NCBI RefSeq assembly: GCF_009914755.1
Contig: NC_060931.1
Source of the DNA: the human T2T-CHM13v2.0 reference genome, Homo sapiens
DNA length: 64,000 bases
Strand: one strand, 5' to 3'
Part shown: one piece after another, positions 59,180 through 64,000 of the stretch
Position numbering within the stretch: position 1 is the first letter of the stretch
How the letters are laid out: every line of letters begins with the position of its first letter
Program-made: the position numbers and the translations under genes
The notes under the pieces: generated by a model
What the model saw: only the letters and a program-made list of their open reading frames with translations
Told to the model about the DNA's origin: nothing
The model's database searches: none

Positions 59180-59360
59180 AATAAATTTTATTGTCATGTT
59201 TAGAGCTATTCTAAGCACTTCATATGTATTTATTCATTTAATCATGACAACAACCTCAGGAGATAAACACAATTATTTTCCTATTTACATATGAGGAAAG
59301 TGAAGCAGAAAGGTTAACTGCCAAAGTTCACTCAGCTAAGTAAGGATTAGAGTGAGTGCT
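59180..59360 (-). mobile_element. MIR
   Basis: ttctaagcactt..attcatttaatc..caacctc...tttacatatgaggaaagtgaagcagaaaggttaactgccaaagttcac. Confidence 0.75.
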
Positions 59361-60979
59361 CAGATTAGATATTTTAATACATAATCATTAATTCATTCAT
59401 TTAGCAAATGAACGAATAAATGAATAACCCTATTGCTCTGAAAAGCAAGAGAATAAATATTTCAGGGACTACTAAAACACTTTTAGCACTTAAAAAAATT
59501 CAGTGAAATTAATCAATGCCCATGTAATGGACTCTCAGTGTGTGTTAGTACTTTGTGGCCCTGTTGTTGGCATAAAATAGCTGCTCCCTTAATCCAATAT
59601 GCACTGTAAATATTACGTGTACTTTATGCTATCTACAGGTCGGTTTAGGAAATCACGCAGAAGAATCTGGTCATTAGCCAGGATGTATGGCACGAGATTT
59701 ATGGCTGAGACAGGTGAATCTGACCATTTTATTCGACATAAATTACCAGCTTCAGCTGTAAGCAAACCACTTATCTATGTTGAATAGCTAATGGACATTT
59801 TATAGGATATCTTCTTGTTTCCCATTCTGTGCTGTGCTATGTAATGCCAGCACCTTCACACCAGCAAGTTGGATCATGTGGTTCATATCGGATGACTTCC
59901 TTGCTATGATTTAGGTGTGGTTTCCAAATAATATAGTTCCAGAATATGGCTTGACTCCAAAGACTGAGACCAGCCTGATCACACATCTTTACCATATCCC
60001 TTATTAGAAGCAAAAATGAACCCTCAACAGTGATCATTTCAAAAGTTTGATATGAATAAAAGAGAAATGGGTGGGACTAAATTCTTCAACACTAATCCTA
60101 TTTTACCTCCCGGGATTCTGTGGGTGTTTGGGCAGTAATGTAATAACAAATATGCTGATATGTGTCTGAAAAGAATGTTACATGACCATGAGTCATTATG
60201 CCCATTGCTTCAAGGCTGTTTAGGTAGCTGGCAGGAAGTAGTATGTGTCTCCAGAGCATAAAATTGGCCGCAAAGTAGGTAGGGCCTATGAAAATACTGA
60301 TGTAATGTAAACATTGTATTTCTAAACTATTTACAAGGTCATCCCTACCCTACATGAGAGGTCAACTCTACCACTAAGAGGTCCCACATGGACTTCTACA
60401 ATATTCTTTGGGTTTTGGCACTTTTGCAGCACAGCTCACTTCTGAAGTGTGTGGGAAAGGCCGAATAAAGTCATCAAAAGAACCCTTGATTTAGAGTTCA
60501 TCTGTGGGATTTTCATTCAAGTCAGTTCACTTGGCTATAGTTTACTCAAAAATGAAAATAATCTTAGACCACCTTTTTTTTTAGGATTAGCCTCCTTTCC
60601 ACAGCTTGATAGAATTCCCAGTGATGATAAACTATCTCTTTCTGATATCTCTCAGGGGCAATTTCACTCTGAGAGACAACATTAGCATATCACCCCATGG
60701 TCACCTAAACTTGCCCAGAGATTTTTCAATATCTACACCTCTCTTCTAATTTACATCCTAGTAACTTCAAACTGTGTGGAAAATAAAAAGTAGCATCTCC
60801 TCTCCAAAAGTTTGGGGACCGCTACCCTTAATAAGAAAGCATATAGGGAAGGAATGGCAATCACTTATGTATAAATCAGTTAACCTGATTATCCACCTTC
60901 TACAACACTCCTAAGACAATGTGTTTATTCTTACTTATAGTGAGACTGCTTTAAATTAAGAAAGGGGCCCTGCAGTAGC

Positions 60980-61150
60980 AGTTAATATTTATTAAACATT
61001 AATTTAATCCTCACAATAACCTGGAAGTAACGGATTTTACAAATGGGGGTTCTCAAATACAAAGAAGTAACTTTCCGAAGATCACGTGGCTCACATTGAT
61101 AGAGTGATTGAACCACCTTAAACCAGAGACTTAGCCACACCTGAATCTAA
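60980..61150 (-). mobile_element. MIR
   Basis: atttaatcctcacaataacctggaagta..attttacaaatgggg...aagtaactttccgaagatcac. Confidence 0.6.
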
Positions 61151-62359
61151 CTCAAGGAAACATCTCATTCTTCAGCATGACAGGCCAGGTCAGGATTGAG
61201 AGGCTAAAGTTTAAATCAGGTCCTCAGCTTCCTTTCTTAGCATGTTTTTCCCACCTCAGCCATCCAGTCCTTTCCCACACTCCAATAAGTCTGTTTGCCA
61301 GAAAACACAAGTTACCAGTCAGGATATGTTAAGATAAATCATTGCTTTGCCTCCCCTGAGGATATTTGCATTTAAAACACCTTGCTCTATTTTTCAACCT
61401 AAAAGTTTCTCAGCAAGTTGCCATTAAAGAAATTTTAGACATCTATCAGCAAATGTGGAGGAAAGAATGGGCCAGAAATGTGTAATTAAGGCAGAATTTT
61501 CCTTCATGCTTCAGAAAGCACACCACATGGAGCTACCAATCCGCTCATAATTTCTTGTCCAGAGATTCCTACCTTGCTGCTAAATGAGGAATAGAAATTG
61601 CATCCAAGTCTGTTAAAGTCAGCTTTCGTCCTTTGGGGTTTTTTCCCCAAGTTGGTGGATGGGGGGCTTTTAGCATTCCTCAGCCACTTGGAAATAGAAA
61701 GACAGTGCACACATATCAACTTTGTGCACTTTAATTCAGGAAGGAAAAAGGAAATCTACCAGAATCATGAAGGACACTACCTCCTGAGGAGGAGAATATA
61801 GGCAAATGGCCCCTATATAGGTACAGCTGATAAAATTGACTGAAGCCCTAGTATGTGAGAGAGGCAGAGAGCCTCCCTCTATGACTCACCTTTCCCCTAA
61901 GGATCTGAGCAACCCAGGCCAGGGAGAGCATTTTGTTTCTCCTAAGCTCTGGAGCTAAAATGGGGAGAAGCTTGGACATACTGTGAGAGAAAGACATTGG
62001 GAAAAGCTGTAGACATTTTCCCAGGCCAGAACCAAGAGGAGAATGTCATTTTTATTCTGAGTGCATACAAAATCAGCCATTCTTCGGTAACACAGCATCA
62101 TGGCTGCACAGGCATTTTACTCTTGGGCCAGAGATTGCAGCACCTGCTCTGAAGCAGGGTAGGGGCCTCCACAGCTAGGACTGTGGAAAGTACCTCAGGA
62201 GTAGATCCTGGAATTGTGCTCTCCCCCATCACAGGTGTGGAGTGGGAGGAGAGCTGCTACCACTGCAGTTTTTTGGGGTGATGAGATTTGCAGCCAGGGC
62301 CACCTTGGTGACCTGAAACTGGTCTGAGTGTGCCATTGCTGTGTGCACCAGCCTGCTCC

Positions 62360-62915
62360 ACTGAGATCATGGTGAAGCAGGGCCCTCTCCACTCTACTCC
62401 CAGGCAGATCTCCAGGCATTTAGACCATTTCCTCACCTGGATCAGCAGCCTGAGATGGCCTAACATTGGGGCCCTCTCCACTCCACGCGCAGGCACAACT
62501 CCAGGCATTCAGAGCACTTCCTCACCTGGGCCAGCAGCCTAAGTTGCCCAACCTTTCCTGCACAGAGATCCTGGTCCAGGAGGGCCGTCTCCACTCCATG
62601 ACCAGGCAGATATCTAGGCATTTGGAGTGCCTATTCACCTGGAGCAGTGGCCTGACCCACCCCACCCTTCCTGTGTAGAAATTCTGTTATAGGGAGACCT
62701 TCTGTGCTTCAAACCCAGGCAGATCTGAAGGCATTCAGAGCACCTGCTTGCCTGGTTCAGAAGCCTGAGCTGCCCCACCTGCCTGCACAAAGATCTTGGT
62801 GTAGGTGGTGGTGGAGGGCTTTCTTCTCTATGCCCAGGCAGATCTTGAGGCATCTGGAGCACTCACTCTCCTGGATTAGTTGAGGCTGCCTGCTTCTCTA
62901 TGCAGAGAACTTGGG
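62360..62915 (+). repeat. About five diverged ~110-bp tandem units in the L1 5' UTR
   Basis: Recurrent caggcagatct..aggcatt.agagca...cacctgg..cagcagcctga at ~62401, 62490, 62603, 62716, 62835. Confidence 0.85.
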
Positions 62916-63729
62916 AATGAGGAGATTTCCCAACGCTACACCTACACACACCTCTGGGCACTTAGTCACCACCCACTGGATTCTTCCTCAGAGCTGGTGC
63001 TTGTGCCTGCCATTGGGGGACCCATAGATGGATACGCCTGGTCTGGCTCTGACCATTTTGGCCCCCTTTCTCCTGCAGCTGAGCAGAGAGCTCAAACCAC
63101 TGTGTACTCCATGAATCAACCCATTTCCTGAGGCAACAGAGAGTTTCTTCCAGTAAACAAGGATCAAGTATATACCCAGCATGTTGGCCACAATCTGGCT
63201 GTTAGAAGCATGATATCCTGGCTTATAGGTTGAACTGCACAGCCCAACATAAATCCTGCTAACAAAAGTACATAGGATATAGAAACAAAGCCAAAAGACT
63301 CTACACAGCATTTTCTACAGTTACACCCTCTATGGAGGAGGAGAAAGGGAAAGGGAAATAAAAAAAAATTACAGGGAAGGAAAAAGAGAAGAATCCTACC
63401 TGCATGAAATAATTATAAAAATTAGAAGTTCCAGTATCTCCAGATAAGAAGGAACTAGTGCAAGAATTCTGATACCATGAGAAATCTGAATATACTTATG
63501 CCACCAAAGAATCACACTAGCTCTCCAGAAATGGTCACTAACCAAAATGAAAACTCAGAAATGACAGATAAAGAATTCAAAGCATGGATTACAAGGAAGA
63601 GTAATGAGATCCAAGACAAGGTTGAAAATCAACACAAAGAAACTTCTAAAGCAATCCAGGAAATGAATGAAGAGATAAACATTTTTAAAAGAATCAATCT
63701 GAGCTCTGGGATTGAAAAACTCACTTTCA

Positions 63730-63911
63730 ACCAGGTATTGCGATACACACGTATAGTCCCAGTTATTTTGGAGGCTGAGGCAGGAGGATCACTTGAGTCC
63801 AGGAGTTCAAGGCTGCATTGAGCTATGATTGTGCCACTGAACTCCAGCCTGGGAGGCAGAGTGAGACCCCATCTCTAAAACAAAAAGAAGAGAAAAGAAG
63901 GGAAAAGAAAA
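63730..63911 (+). mobile_element. Alu monomer (FRAM/AluJ right arm) inside L1 ORF1
   Basis: ggaggatcacttgagtccaggagttcaaggctgcattgagctatgattgtgccactg; GA-rich tail; TSD gaaaaactcactt / gaaaatcttactt. Confidence 0.85.
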
Positions 63912-64000
63912 GAAAATCTTACTTAAGGAATTTTAAAATACAATTGAAAGCTTTATCAATAAACTGGACAAAGCAGAAGAAAGAATTTCAGAGCATGAAG

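Larger units (their letters stand above)
61640..64000 (+). mobile_element. 5' part of an L1PB/L1MA-age element (long GC-richer 5' UTR + ORF1 start), continues past the window end
   Basis: ORF1-like peptide PPKNHTSSPEM..NQNENSEMTDKEFKAWITRK (63477-63720), resuming after the Alu monomer (gcagaagaaagaatttcagagc). Confidence 0.85.

Noticed and set aside
62360-62915. Regularly spaced repeats as a CRISPR-like array
   Set aside because: The units are diverged along their whole length, have no unique spacers, sit in an L1 5' UTR, and the DNA is human

Overview
Human genomic DNA: the AluYb8 at 32341 is a human-specific subfamily. It is AT-rich, has no CpG island, and roughly half is interspersed repeat. 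I recognise no protein-coding gene, tRNA, rRNA, CRISPR array or other prokaryote-type system. Every long ORF in the track is L1-, Alu- or LTR-derived or low-complexity. The window looks like the interior of a long transcription unit read on the minus strand. About 11 of 12 L1 pieces and all 7 Alus lie on plus, the (CA)n tracts read (TG)n on minus, and four small minus-strand segments carry good splice sites (55551-55604, 18539-18587, 3890-4014, 2909-2993). I cannot name the gene. The main structures are a TSD-bounded, originally full-length L1PA5-like element on minus (25819-31472) and a nested L1/Alu/LTR stack at 31.7-43.5 kb. The L1PA5-like element has a ~0.5 kb RT-core deletion, an open 359-aa endonuclease ORF and an antisense ORF0 that reads 168 aa out of the element. 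The most unusual directly visible features are a 107-bp templated insertion copied from 4 kb away, a 459-bp collapsed L1 between TSDs, reuse of one target site by two Alus, and fold-back sequence at deletion junctions. I see no convincing undescribed biological system. The exon and micropeptide leads are low-confidence inferences. Subfamily names and most old-repeat boundaries are from memory of consensus sequences and are approximate.
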